Of a stretch of 38,286 bases of DNA, positions 7,818-15,424 are shown piece by piece. A program made the position numbers and the translations under genes. The stretch comes from a virus, in the IMG/VR virus record IMGVR_UViG_3300045988_086281. One strand, given 5' to 3'. The first letter of the stretch is position 1. Every line of letters starts with the position of its first letter. The notes under the pieces were generated by a model. It had not been told where the DNA came from, did not search any database, and worked only from the letters and a program-made list of their open reading frames with translations.

Positions 7818-8459
7818 TTAAAATTCATCCAGTGCTTCTAACACTGTTACAATATCATTTGGTATCATTAATGTTTCAAATGCCCCCATTGGAGACTTTG
7901 CTGTACTGTTATTCGATTGCGTTTCGAAAACATACGAATCATCAATCTTTTTCGATAATAATACAGTTGTAAATTTACTTTCTAGCGAAATCTTATCTAA
8001 TTTTCGCCCACTAGTTTTAATCCTAGTAAATGTATATCCTAGGTCATTAGTCTCTGTTTGCGTATGTGCAATAAAGACAACATTTAAATCATCACGTACG
8101 GTCAATGCATACTCTACTATGTCGTAAACATACCCTGCCAAATCTGTCCATTTGTCGTAGTTCTTATTGGAACGACTGCGCATTTCTTCGCCAATCATAA
8201 TACCGTTTAGTGTATCAATAACAACTGTTTTGATATGTTTTGCATTCTTATTTATGTTATCTAGGTATTTCATTACCATTGTCGGGAAGTTTCCCTTGTA
8301 GTAATTCTTGTTTTCTACATTGTACTGTTTGCGCCATCCCTTCCAAGATAGCCCTTTTAAGTCGCAGTCGATATAAAACGTAGTGGATGGATCTAAATTC
8401 CTGCATGATGTAGTTTTACCAGATCCACTCTCTCCCATGATACATACTACTTGGCTCAT
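7818..8459 (-). CDS. Sak4-like / AAA_24 RecA-fold ATPase
   Basis: Walker A IMGESGSGKTTS and Walker B-like VVIDTLN. Sits between the Gp157 and DUF669 genes. Confidence 0.75.
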   Translation of the reverse strand: MSQVVCIMGESGSGKTTSCRNLDPSTTFYIDCDLKGLSWKGWRKQYNVENKNYYKGNFPTMVMKYLDNINKNAKHIKTVVIDTLNGIMIGEEMRSRSNKNYDKWTDLAGYVYDIVEYALTVRDDLNVVFIAHTQTETNDLGYTFTRIKTSGRKLDKISLESKFTTVLLSKKIDDSYVFETQSNNSTAKSPMGAFETLMIPNDIVTVLEALDEF

Positions 8460-8467
8460 TTAATCAC

Positions 8468-8932
8468 CTACTTTATTTGAATATTTTGCTTTACTTCAAG
8501 TTCTGCGCCTGTTACAGCAATACCATCTTTAAGTGCTTTTTTCACTAATGTTTTGTTAATCGTTGGATCATTGTATACTAGATATTTTTCTGGCACTAAT
8601 GCTGCATTGTTTATTTTTACTGAATCTGATTTACGATAACTGATATTTACTCTTGTAGTCTTAAATTTATTGCCTTGTAGTGCATATGTAAGCCATTCTT
8701 TAAGATTTCCTGCTTTAGCCAAAGAACTACGTTCTAATTGTTCAAAACGCTTCTTTTCAGCTTTATACTGTTCTGCATCTGAAAGCAAATTACGGTACCA
8801 TAAAGCCACGTTTTCTATTTTGGTATCTCGTTCCATTTCAAGCTGTGATAGTCGTTCTTCGTCAAGAATCTCGCCTGTTTCCTGGTCAATACAATTTAAG
8901 ATTTCACTGTCAATTTCGTACAATTTAGCCAT
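8468..8932 (-). CDS. Siphovirus Gp157-family protein
   Basis: MAKLYEIDSEILNCIDQETGEILDEE...ENVALWYRNL...AEKKRFE is the typical Gp157 pattern. I placed the start at the Met of MAKLYEI. Confidence 0.7.
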   Translation of the reverse strand: MAKLYEIDSEILNCIDQETGEILDEERLSQLEMERDTKIENVALWYRNLLSDAEQYKAEKKRFEQLERSSLAKAGNLKEWLTYALQGNKFKTTRVNISYRKSDSVKINNAALVPEKYLVYNDPTINKTLVKKALKDGIAVTGAELEVKQNIQIK

Positions 8933-9215
8933 TGCTTTCTCTTCCTTTCTTGTCCACACCAAACGCGTCGTAGATTAAATCAAATACATTTGCTACGTAT
9001 TCCAATTGACTTGTAAACATTACATAGCTTGTCCCCTCGATGTTATCATAGCTATCACTATGTAATTCTTCAAAAAATACATTTACAACTTTAGAATCAT
9101 CAGATGATTTTGTAACAATTCCATATTGACCAATTTCAATATTTGTTGATTTATCATCTTTATCTAATTCAATAACCTTTACAATATCACCTTGCGTTAG
9201 TTTCAAACTTACCAC
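8925..9215 (-). CDS. Hypothetical protein (start uncertain: GTG 9215 or TTG 9206)
   Basis: Tracked ORF, operon context only. Confidence 0.45.
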   Translation of the reverse strand: MVSLKLTQGDIVKVIELDKDDKSTNIEIGQYGIVTKSSDDSKVVNVFFEELHSDSYDNIEGTSYVMFTSQLEYVANVFDLIYDAFGVDKKGRESNG

Positions 9216-9459
9216 ACTCCTCTACTGGCTCAAAATCATTCCAACAGGTAAAGCAAATATGCATTCCTGCGTTTTCACGTAAATTAGTAGTTTCGCCGCA
9301 AATTGAACAACATGTTTTTACTGGCTTAATGAAAATTCCATCATCATAGCAGAAAATCTCGACAGGATCGTTTGGTTTAATTCCTAATGTTTTACGAAAC
9401 TCTTTAGGTAATGTAGCCCTACCTAATAGGTCAATCTTTCTTTCTATTCCTCTAACCAT
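9187..9459 (-). CDS. AbrB/MazE/SpoVT-type DNA-binding domain fused to a Cys4 zinc-ribbon
   Basis: KIDLLGRATLPKEFRKTLGIKPNDPVEIF (SpoVT-AbrB swapped-hairpin motif), then CCSICGE...CFTCW. Confidence 0.7.
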   Translation of the reverse strand: MVRGIERKIDLLGRATLPKEFRKTLGIKPNDPVEIFCYDDGIFIKPVKTCCSICGETTNLRENAGMHICFTCWNDFEPVEECGKFETNAR

Positions 9460-9628
9460 ATTGTTTCCCTCCTAACACCATAAAGTTATCGAATCCCCAC
9501 CAGCACTTATAAGGATTGCGGCTACTATCTACTAATACAACAGCTCGTCTGTGTTCATTGTCAAAGTCAATAATTGTCCCTGTGTTACCTTGTTCGTGTA
9601 ATACTCTATCTCCATTTTTAAATCCCAT
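9452..9628 (-). CDS. Hypothetical protein (58 aa, MGFKNGDRVLHEQGNTGTIIDF...)
   Basis: I translated this by hand. G-rich RBS (AGGGGGGG). Overlaps the next start by 8 nt. Confidence 0.5.
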   Translation of the reverse strand: MGFKNGDRVLHEQGNTGTIIDFDNEHRRAVVLVDSSRNPYKCWWGFDNFMVLGGKQYG

Positions 9629-9640
9629 AATTATCCCCCC

Positions 9641-9829
9641 CTATTTTAATCTATCTTCAATTTTCACCTGGATAGCTGATAAAACTCCATTAACAATAAC
9701 TGCAGCACATACTTTTTCAATGCATTTAATCAATTCAATGTGACCTGTAAAGCAATCAACCATCATTAGTATTGTGTATAAGAAAACGATTATCATTAGC
9801 ATGGTTAAGATGTTATAAATCGTTTTCAT
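9641..9829 (-). CDS. Small membrane protein (62 aa)
   Basis: Hydrophobic N-terminal segment ILTMLMIIVFLYTILMMV. Its ATG overlaps the stop of the upstream ORF (ATGA). Confidence 0.5.
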   Translation of the reverse strand: MKTIYNILTMLMIIVFLYTILMMVDCFTGHIELIKCIEKVCAAVIVNGVLSAIQVKIEDRLK

Positions 9830-10170
9830 TTAGATTTACCTCCTTTATATACTCTGTTGCCGAATATATAATCTTCTTGCTTGCGCTGTTTACCAAGTAA
9901 TTGCGTTAGTTTGTTTATTACATCTGCATTTTGCTTTTCATTAAAGAAATTAACTACTTCTTGATACTGTAGTGTAATATCTTTATTTTCCCTTCTGGTT
10001 TTCCTACTGTCTCTAAGTTTTGTAGCTGCTTTACATCGTTCTTTGTAGTTTTCAGCTAGTTCGATTTCGTGTAGTAAAGGTTGTAATAATTTGTCTTGTT
10101 CATTAACTGCACTGTAAGCTATTGAGTATTGTGATCTAGCAGTATTTACAAATGATAGAAATTGTTCAAT
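9826..10170 (-). CDS. 114-codon open frame with no ATG/GTG/TTG (possible ATT start at 10168-10170, or a decayed gene)
   Basis: I translated every codon by hand. The frame opens directly after a TAA (10171-10173) and ends in an ATGA overlap with the next gene. The only start-like codon is ATT. Confidence 0.4.
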   Translation of the reverse strand: MEQFLSFVNTARSQYSIAYSAVNEQDKLLQPLLHEIELAENYKERCKAATKLRDSRKTRRENKDITLQYQEVVNFFNEKQNADVINKLTQLLGKQRKQEDYIFGNRVYKGGKSK

Positions 10171-10174
10171 TTAC

Positions 10175-10303
10175 TCACTCGGCTTCATCAAAATCAACCT
10201 CCTTCACTAATGCTACCAAATGACCGTTTTCAATAACTGCTTTAAAGTCTCTAGCTTCATATATGTACATATCTTCAACCGTTACCCTATCCATGTAGTT
10301 CAT
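10175..10303 (-). CDS. Hypothetical small protein (42 aa)
   Basis: I translated this by hand. ATGA-type overlap with the upstream small ORF. Confidence 0.35.
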   Translation of the reverse strand: MNYMDRVTVEDMYIYEARDFKAVIENGHLVALVKEVDFDEAE

Positions 10304-10434
10304 TATCTGCTACCTCCTTTTCTATTCTTTCTTTCACATCTAGGGCAGATATAATAAGCAGAATTTTCTCTTCTGGAAACGTTCCATTTCAAATCACACA
10401 AGCAACAAGTTTTATAAACTGGATCATATTTCAT
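10303..10434 (-). CDS. Small zinc-ribbon protein (43 aa, CCLC...CPRC)
   Basis: Hand translation MKYDPVYKTCCLCDLKWNVSRRENSAYYICPRCERKNRKGGSR. Confidence 0.4.
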   Translation of the reverse strand: MKYDPVYKTCCLCDLKWNVSRRENSAYYICPRCERKNRKGGSR

Positions 10435-10436
10435 AA

Positions 10437-10739
10437 TCAATGCCCCCTATACTTACTTTTTAATTCTTTAGCGGTTAACGAGATAATGAGTCTTGCTGCA
10501 CTAGCAACATCGTAAGTTTCATTATTCATCATAAAATATTTAATATCTTCTGGATCCATCATGTTGTAATAGATAAATTCGTCTGAATCAAACAACTGGA
10601 TAATATCATTTGTGTGTTCGCGGTACTCTGGAAATGGCATCCGTTCATCAATCAATTCACAATCTTTAAGGAATACTCCAGCTCGCCCATCTTTAAGGTA
10701 AACCATGTCGCCGTCGTAAAGGATAGGTAAATTCGTCAT
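10437..10739 (-). CDS. Hypothetical protein (100 aa)
   Basis: Tracked ORF that abuts its neighbours. Confidence 0.55.
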   Translation of the reverse strand: MTNLPILYDGDMVYLKDGRAGVFLKDCELIDERMPFPEYREHTNDIIQLFDSDEFIYYNMMDPEDIKYFMMNNETYDVASAARLIISLTAKELKSKYRGH

Positions 10740-10740
10740 G

Positions 10741-11037
10741 TCACTTTACCTCCTTAGGATTACGGCTTCTAAAGCACCACCAACGCATATCTTCATGATT
10801 ATATAACTTGTAATACCAGTGATGCTCAGTTGTCCAAAGAAGCGTTCTAAATAATGCAGGATTTGCAACCATCCATCCAAGTACTTCATATGTATCAATA
10901 TGAAAATATTTTAATCCGTCAATTTCATCATAGTTCATAGCTTGTACTTCTTTGTCGATTGTATAACTGTTACATGTTTTTAAAATCATTCTTGCCATAT
11001 TAGGCACCCACCTTATTTGATATTTGCTACTTCGCAT
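10741..11037 (-). CDS. Hypothetical protein (98 aa)
   Basis: Tracked ORF, the first gene after the Cro-like gene. Confidence 0.55.
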   Translation of the reverse strand: MRSSKYQIRWVPNMARMILKTCNSYTIDKEVQAMNYDEIDGLKYFHIDTYEVLGWMVANPALFRTLLWTTEHHWYYKLYNHEDMRWWCFRSRNPKEVK

Positions 11038-11053
11038 ATCATCCGGTGTATTC

Positions 11054-11072
11054 CAGTTGCGAAACTGTAACT
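11054..11072. promoter_or_regulatory. Operator copy 3 (CAGTTGCGAAACTGTAACT), just downstream of the Cro-like gene
   Basis: Near-identical to the copies at 11318 and 11386. Contains the inverted repeat CAGTT-N4-AACTG. Confidence 0.6.
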
Positions 11073-11295
11073 ATTGTCTAAAAAAAAGATCTTCCATAGT
11101 TAAAGTTGGCCTTCCTTTTGAAATAAGTACTTTATTAATTTCTTTATGTATTTTTAGCCCTTCTTCTAACGAAAAAGCAACTTGTCCATTTTCTTTTGTT
11201 GAGTAATTGCTTTGAGTCTGTCCAATTAAGTTAGCCAAATCTTTTTGGCGAATTCCACAAATGGCCCTTGCAATCTTTAGTTCTTCATATTTCAT
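11071..11295 (-). CDS. XRE-family HTH regulator, Cro-like (lytic side of the switch)
   Basis: IRQKDLANLIGQTQSNYSTKENG is an HTH_3 motif. It is divergent from the CI-like/integrase pair. AGGAG RBS. Confidence 0.75.
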   Translation of the reverse strand: MKYEELKIARAICGIRQKDLANLIGQTQSNYSTKENGQVAFSLEEGLKIHKEINKVLISKGRPTLTMEDLFFRQ

Positions 11296-11317
11296 TTAAT
11301 TTCACTCCTTTCTATTT

Positions 11318-11336
11318 CAGTTACGAAACTGTAACT
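11318..11336. promoter_or_regulatory. Operator copy 2 (CAGTTACGAAACTGTAACT), between the leftward promoter and the Cro-like RBS
   Basis: The repeat was read directly. The leftward promoter is TTGACA (11373-11378, minus) -17- TATATT (11350-11355, minus). Confidence 0.6.
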
Positions 11337-11385
11337 TGTTTATGTATATAATATAACATATAAAAAATAGCTTGTCAATATATTT

Positions 11386-11417
11386 CAGTTGCGAAATTGA
11401 AATTTTTTTTATATAAT
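11386..11417 (+). promoter_or_regulatory. Operator copy 1 (CAGTTGCGAAATTG) overlapping the -35 of the rightward promoter (TTGCGA-17-TATAAT)
   Basis: -35 at 11389-11394 and -10 at 11412-11417. The operator spans 11386-11399. Confidence 0.55.
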
Positions 11418-11440
11418 AAATAAGCAAGGAGGTGAAACAA

Positions 11441-11665
11441 ATGTATGATTTTAAAAACAGAATGATAAAGTTACAAGAAATGAGTGGATTGAATCAGCAA
11501 GGATTTGCAGAACTATGCGGAGTGAGCAAAGCAACTATGTCTAGATATCAAAGTGGAAAGATGAATCCTAGTTTAGATCAAGCGTTAGATATAGCGAAAA
11601 AGTGTAATGTTACCCTCGATTGGATAGCAGGATATGGAAAACTTGATTTACCAGAAAGGAGATAA
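11441..11665 (+). CDS. XRE-family HTH regulator, CI-like (short; no peptidase domain)
   Basis: AAGGAGG RBS 8 nt before the ATG at 11441. LNQQGFAELCGVSKATMSRYQSG is an HTH motif. Co-oriented with the integrase and directly upstream of it. Confidence 0.7.
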   Translation: MYDFKNRMIKLQEMSGLNQQGFAELCGVSKATMSRYQSGKMNPSLDQALDIAKKCNVTLDWIAGYGKLDLPERR

Positions 11666-11668
11666 AGA

Positions 11669-12751
11669 ATGGACTATACTGTATATCAGAGAAAAAGTGA
11701 TAATAAATGGGTAGGATGCTTTTATTACAGGGATGAAAGAAACAAAAGAAAGTCTATCGTTGCATATGGCAAAACAGAACGTGAAGCAACTAAGAAAATA
11801 AGAGAAAAGATATACTTATATGAAAGTGGAAGTTTAAGCACTACTACATCCAGGGAAACTTTAATTGGATTTTTAAACGACTATATAAATAAAAACTCTG
11901 GAGATAAAGGAAAACAGTGGGCTAGTACAACGGTAGAGTTGTACCGGTCCTATGTTGACCAACATTTAAAACCTTACTTTAAAGATAAGAAACTAAATAA
12001 ACTAAAACCAATCGACTTAGATGACTATTACGAATACAAATTAGAAGCGGGACTATCAGGAAATACAGTAATCAAGTTGCATAAGTTTCTGAATGCTGCG
12101 TTTAACTATGGAGTAAAAAAAGATTTAATGGAATCAAATCCATGTTTGAAAGCTACTGCTCCTAAGACAACCGACTACAAGCCAAACATCTATGAACCAG
12201 AACAATTCAATGCATTATGGCAACATGTAAAAGATAAATACGACAGAGTACCTATTGCTTTAGGAGCAGGATGCGGTCTGAGACGTGGTGAAATATTTGG
12301 ATTGAAATGGTCAGATATAGACTTCGAAAATAATACGATAACAATAGAACGTACCAAGACAAGACTTAGAAGCAATATAGAAAAATCACCTAAAACGGAA
12401 CAATCTAACAGGACAATCATTGCTCCGGATTATGTAATTAATGTACTACGTGATTATAAACGTGAAAAACAAGTGTTTAATATTGAAAACTACATTATGG
12501 AAGTAAAACCAGATTATTACTCGAAACGATTTAAGTATCTCCTGGAACGGTTTAAACTACCTCCAACAAGGTTACATGATTTACGTCACTACAATGCTAC
12601 TCTTATGATGATTGCAGGAGTACCAGATAAAATTGCTGCGGATCGTCTTGGCCATAAAGATACTACCATGTTAAAGAAGGTTTACCAACATACTCAGAAG
12701 TCTATGGATAAAATTGCTAGTGAAAAAATTAATGAATTATTAGCAAAATAA
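11669..12751 (+). CDS. int: Tyrosine site-specific integrase
   Basis: GLRRGEIFGLKWSDID (catalytic Arg box), HDLRHYNAT, and LGHKDTTMLKKVYQH (H-x-x-R ... Y). An attP lies immediately downstream. Confidence 0.9.
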   Translation: MDYTVYQRKSDNKWVGCFYYRDERNKRKSIVAYGKTEREATKKIREKIYLYESGSLSTTTSRETLIGFLNDYINKNSGDKGKQWASTTVELYRSYVDQHLKPYFKDKKLNKLKPIDLDDYYEYKLEAGLSGNTVIKLHKFLNAAFNYGVKKDLMESNPCLKATAPKTTDYKPNIYEPEQFNALWQHVKDKYDRVPIALGAGCGLRRGEIFGLKWSDIDFENNTITIERTKTRLRSNIEKSPKTEQSNRTIIAPDYVINVLRDYKREKQVFNIENYIMEVKPDYYSKRFKYLLERFKLPPTRLHDLRHYNATLMMIAGVPDKIAADRLGHKDTTMLKKVYQHTQKSMDKIASEKINELLAK

Positions 12752-12761
12752 AAAAGGATTA

Positions 12762-13053
12762 TGACTACACCACTAGCCACAATCCAAACTTGACTACATT
12801 TTTGACTACATTCAGTTAGCAAAATATAACAAGTAGCCTCAAACGCTTATGCAGTCGACGGGACTTGAACCCGTACGTCCTAACGGACACAAGATCCTTA
12901 GTCTTGCATATATGGAATTTAGTAACACCGCTGATTTACTGCAAAGTATTGATTTTACTGTGCTTTGCAGTATAAGGTACATATAAGTTTCTTCTATTAA
13001 ACATATGTTTAATATGCCGTTTTAATTAGATTTGACTACACTTTTTGACTACA
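12762..13053. mobile_element. attP: a tRNA-derived core flanked by five direct TGACTACA arm-type repeats
   Basis: TGACTACA at 12762, 12791, 12803, 13033 and 13046, all in the same orientation. The core is the tRNA fragment at 12850-12908. Confidence 0.7.
12850..12908 (-). other. 3' portion of a class-II (Leu-like) tRNA: anticodon arm, long variable arm, T-arm and 3' acceptor strand. Not a complete gene.
   Basis: Minus strand reads CAAGA-CUAAGGA-UCUUG, GUCC-GUUA-GGAC, ACGGG-UUCAAGU-CCCGU, CGACUGC-A. There is no matching 5' acceptor strand or D-arm upstream. Confidence 0.75.
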
Positions 13054-13228
13054 TATTGCTCAAAAGTTTTATTGCATCTGAAAAGCCCTTTTTGTAACAT
13101 ATCTCTTCCGCATAAGTTCTGACATACAACTCATCATTACATGTTTTTTCTAGCTTGATAAAATCTTCATTTTCAGCTTCGGCTATTTGGCACCTCTTCA
13201 TAACATATTCTTCAAAATCTTTGTTCAT
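13049..13228 (-). CDS. Hypothetical small protein (59 aa, MNKDFEEYVMKRCQIAEAENEDF...KKGFSDAIKLLSNM)
   Basis: I translated this by hand. Strong GGGGGTGG RBS. Upstream promoter TTGACA (13311-13316, minus) -17- TAAAAT. Confidence 0.55.
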   Translation of the reverse strand: MNKDFEEYVMKRCQIAEAENEDFIKLEKTCNDELYVRTYAEEICYKKGFSDAIKLLSNM

Positions 13229-13393
13229 ATGCCACCCCCATAAAATGTATTATGATGTTACAATATATGGATATTTGCTATATAAATATTTTATTTGACA
13301 TGTAAAAAAATGTCAATGCGTTATCTATAATATGTATTTAATAATCTTTTTTTTCACGTAAATATGGCCGCCACGAATGACGGCCCACTATTA

Positions 13394-13663
13394 CTATTTA
13401 GGTTGTATAATGCTATCTCCAGCATTTAATAATTGCTTCATTCCTAATCTCATACCGTATTGGCTATTGGATAAATCAAATAATGCTTCAATGATCTGGA
13501 ATGGTTGCAGTAATTCATAAATTGTCTTGTCGCGAATTGATAAATCAAAATTACTTCCATCGCCATCTAATGATACAATCTTTACCGCTGCATAAGGAGT
13601 ATGATCTTTCTGCATTTCTTTCATTTCAACCTTCGTTACCATTGCCTGCTTTTTAAATAACAT
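13394..13663 (-). CDS. Hypothetical 89-aa protein downstream of Rep (a small ssDNA-binding role is pure speculation)
   Basis: The ATG at 13661-13663 has an AAGGAGAG RBS and starts directly after the Rep stop codon (13665-13667). Confidence 0.55.
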   Translation of the reverse strand: MLFKKQAMVTKVEMKEMQKDHTPYAAVKIVSLDGDGSNFDLSIRDKTIYELLQPFQIIEALFDLSNSQYGMRLGMKQLLNAGDSIIQPK

Positions 13664-13664
13664 A

Positions 13665-14486
13665 CTATCTCTCCTTTTCATACATATCAAAATAATTAAC
13701 GTTGCTATTCACTTCTTTAAAACCATTCTTATAATTAATATGATAATTACTCATATAGTGGATATCGTACCACTCTGAAAATTCCTGTATTATATCGATA
13801 TTGTCACATAACTGGTAACATGTAGATACTGTTGGTTTTAACAAATTACGACTGTATCCGTAGCATCTGTTTCCCTGTAAGTCTAATTTATATAAATCCT
13901 CTACCAAGTACACAGATACATATAACCCTACGTTTGTATTTCCTTCCTGAGATAAATCACGTATATCTACCCATCCATGTTCCCAAAACACTTCTCTAAA
14001 ATAGTTTTCAAAATCTTTTTGCTCCTGTGGCTTTAATTGTCTGCTTTTCGCTGTTTTAACTGGAACTGGAATATTACATAGCATATGATAATGGATCGCA
14101 CCACGGCCTTGATATTCTAATACGTACAGATATTTCATTCCAGGCCAAAACCTCTGCATCATACGAATACAATTAGATAAATCGACCTTGCTTAATGATA
14201 TATCTTGCATATTCTCTTTGTATGTTAAACTGATAAAAGTAGTTAGATCAGGATTACAATTTACAAGTCGTATAATCTGATTACGTGCTTTATTTAATGT
14301 CTCTCTTCTATTCTTCTCCACTTTTGCACCGCCGCCTTTACCATTTCTTCCAGACTGGTTGTTACCCTTTCTCCCTATTACCTGCGGCAATCCATAACGG
14401 TACACTTCCAATCTGTCTCGACTTTGGACAAACTTTATATTGTACTTATTTTCCAACGTCGTATGTATATCCTGTTCCAATTTCAT
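13665..14486 (-). CDS. Rolling-circle replication initiator / HUH endonuclease (two-tyrosine type)
   Basis: Motif 1 TFISLTY, motif 2 GAIHYHMLCN (HUH), motif 3 GLYVSVYLVED (YxxxY), in the canonical order and spacing. Confidence 0.75.
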   Translation of the reverse strand: MKLEQDIHTTLENKYNIKFVQSRDRLEVYRYGLPQVIGRKGNNQSGRNGKGGGAKVEKNRRETLNKARNQIIRLVNCNPDLTTFISLTYKENMQDISLSKVDLSNCIRMMQRFWPGMKYLYVLEYQGRGAIHYHMLCNIPVPVKTAKSRQLKPQEQKDFENYFREVFWEHGWVDIRDLSQEGNTNVGLYVSVYLVEDLYKLDLQGNRCYGYSRNLLKPTVSTCYQLCDNIDIIQEFSEWYDIHYMSNYHINYKNGFKEVNSNVNYFDMYEKER

Positions 14487-15186
14487 CTGTTATATAGTAA
14501 AATTGGCGGTTACACAGGTATAAATCTTCTGGTGCCTTACCTAATACTACCTTATAAGCACTTTCGTCTAGCATCTTAAAACATACTCTTATATTATATA
14601 AATGTTTATTATTTACAATTTCTTTCTCTGCACATTGCGTGATAGCAATAACATAGATGTTTTTATGGCTACCTACTGCAAGTAGTTGCGTGATTAGATC
14701 CATGATTTTCTTTCCACTACCGCTTTTGATTAATGCCAATATCTCGTCAATAACTACATATATTGGCTCATTGTTTTCCTGAATTTCAACCAGCTTTTGC
14801 AGCACAACCTCAATCTCTTTGATGTCATTAATTCTTTCACATTTAACGCATGGAAAATCTCGCTTATCTGTATTTAACAGAATTACGTTCTTATTTTGGA
14901 TAGAATACTCTATCATTTTTGTTTTACCCTGTCTTGATAGTCCACAAACTAATACATGCGGCATTCTTTGCATATCAGCAATAATTGGTTTACGATAACC
15001 TCCGAATTGTTTATAACCTAATACAAGTTCATGTGAGCTTATTACAGGCTCTTCTATTGATACCCTGTATTCTTCTTCTAATGTAGCTTTATAATAGCTC
15101 CTAACGTCCTTTACTGCTTCGATTATGCCATATCCAGCGTATCCAACGATTCCAGCTCCTAACATAGTGAATAATTCGTTTACCAT
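14446..15186 (-). CDS. Minimal FtsK/SpoIIIE-family DNA translocase ATPase with one N-terminal transmembrane helix
   Basis: TM helix MLGAGIVGYAGYGIIEAV. MPHVLVCGLSRQGKT (Walker A), IYVVIDEILAL (Walker B), VIAITQ, and NIRVCFKM (RxxF arginine-finger region). Confidence 0.75.
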   Translation of the reverse strand: MVNELFTMLGAGIVGYAGYGIIEAVKDVRSYYKATLEEEYRVSIEEPVISSHELVLGYKQFGGYRKPIIADMQRMPHVLVCGLSRQGKTKMIEYSIQNKNVILLNTDKRDFPCVKCERINDIKEIEVVLQKLVEIQENNEPIYVVIDEILALIKSGSGKKIMDLITQLLAVGSHKNIYVIAITQCAEKEIVNNKHLYNIRVCFKMLDESAYKVVLGKAPEDLYLCNRQFYYITDEIGTGYTYDVGK

Positions 15187-15262
15187 AAAACCAACTCTTT
15201 ATTGTTGTTTGATATATTCTATGTTCATTTACGTAATTTGATACCAATTACGTGAAATATTT

Positions 15263-15424
15263 TTATTTTTTATTTGATAACATTTTTTCATACAGAACTT
15301 TCTTTATAAAATCCTGTGCTCTCAATATACCTCTTTCATTTTCTATCCAGTCATAAAGCTGCTGATCCGTTTCATTATCACGATAATTAATAGTATGCTT
15401 TTTTCTTTTTTCATCGCCTATCAT
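15263..15424 (-). CDS. Small regulator-like protein heading the Rep/FtsK cassette (53 aa)
   Basis: Hand translation MIGDEKRKKHTINYRDNETDQQLYDWIENERGILRAQDFIKKVLYEKMLSNKK. GGGGTG RBS. TATAAT (minus) at 15469-15474, with a TTACGTAA box at 15457-15464. Confidence 0.5.
   Translation of the reverse strand: MIGDEKRKKHTINYRDNETDQQLYDWIENERGILRAQDFIKKVLYEKMLSNKK

Noticed and set aside
9187-9459. The AbrB/MazE-like protein as the antitoxin of a toxin-antitoxin pair with a neighbouring ORF.
   Set aside because: The domain is fused to a zinc ribbon, and neither neighbour shows MazF, PIN or other toxin motifs that I can recognise. A transcription-regulator role fits better.
12850-12908. A functional tRNA gene next to the integrase.
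   Set aside because: Only the anticodon arm to the 3' acceptor strand is present. The sequence upstream on the minus strand (12909-12940) cannot form the 5' acceptor strand or D-arm. It is an attP core rather than a gene.
13367-13385. The GGCCG-N9-CGGCC hairpin as a clean terminator for the Rep cassette.
   Set aside because: The stem is only 5 bp, and it is not followed by a T-run on the minus strand. I kept it only as a weak possibility.
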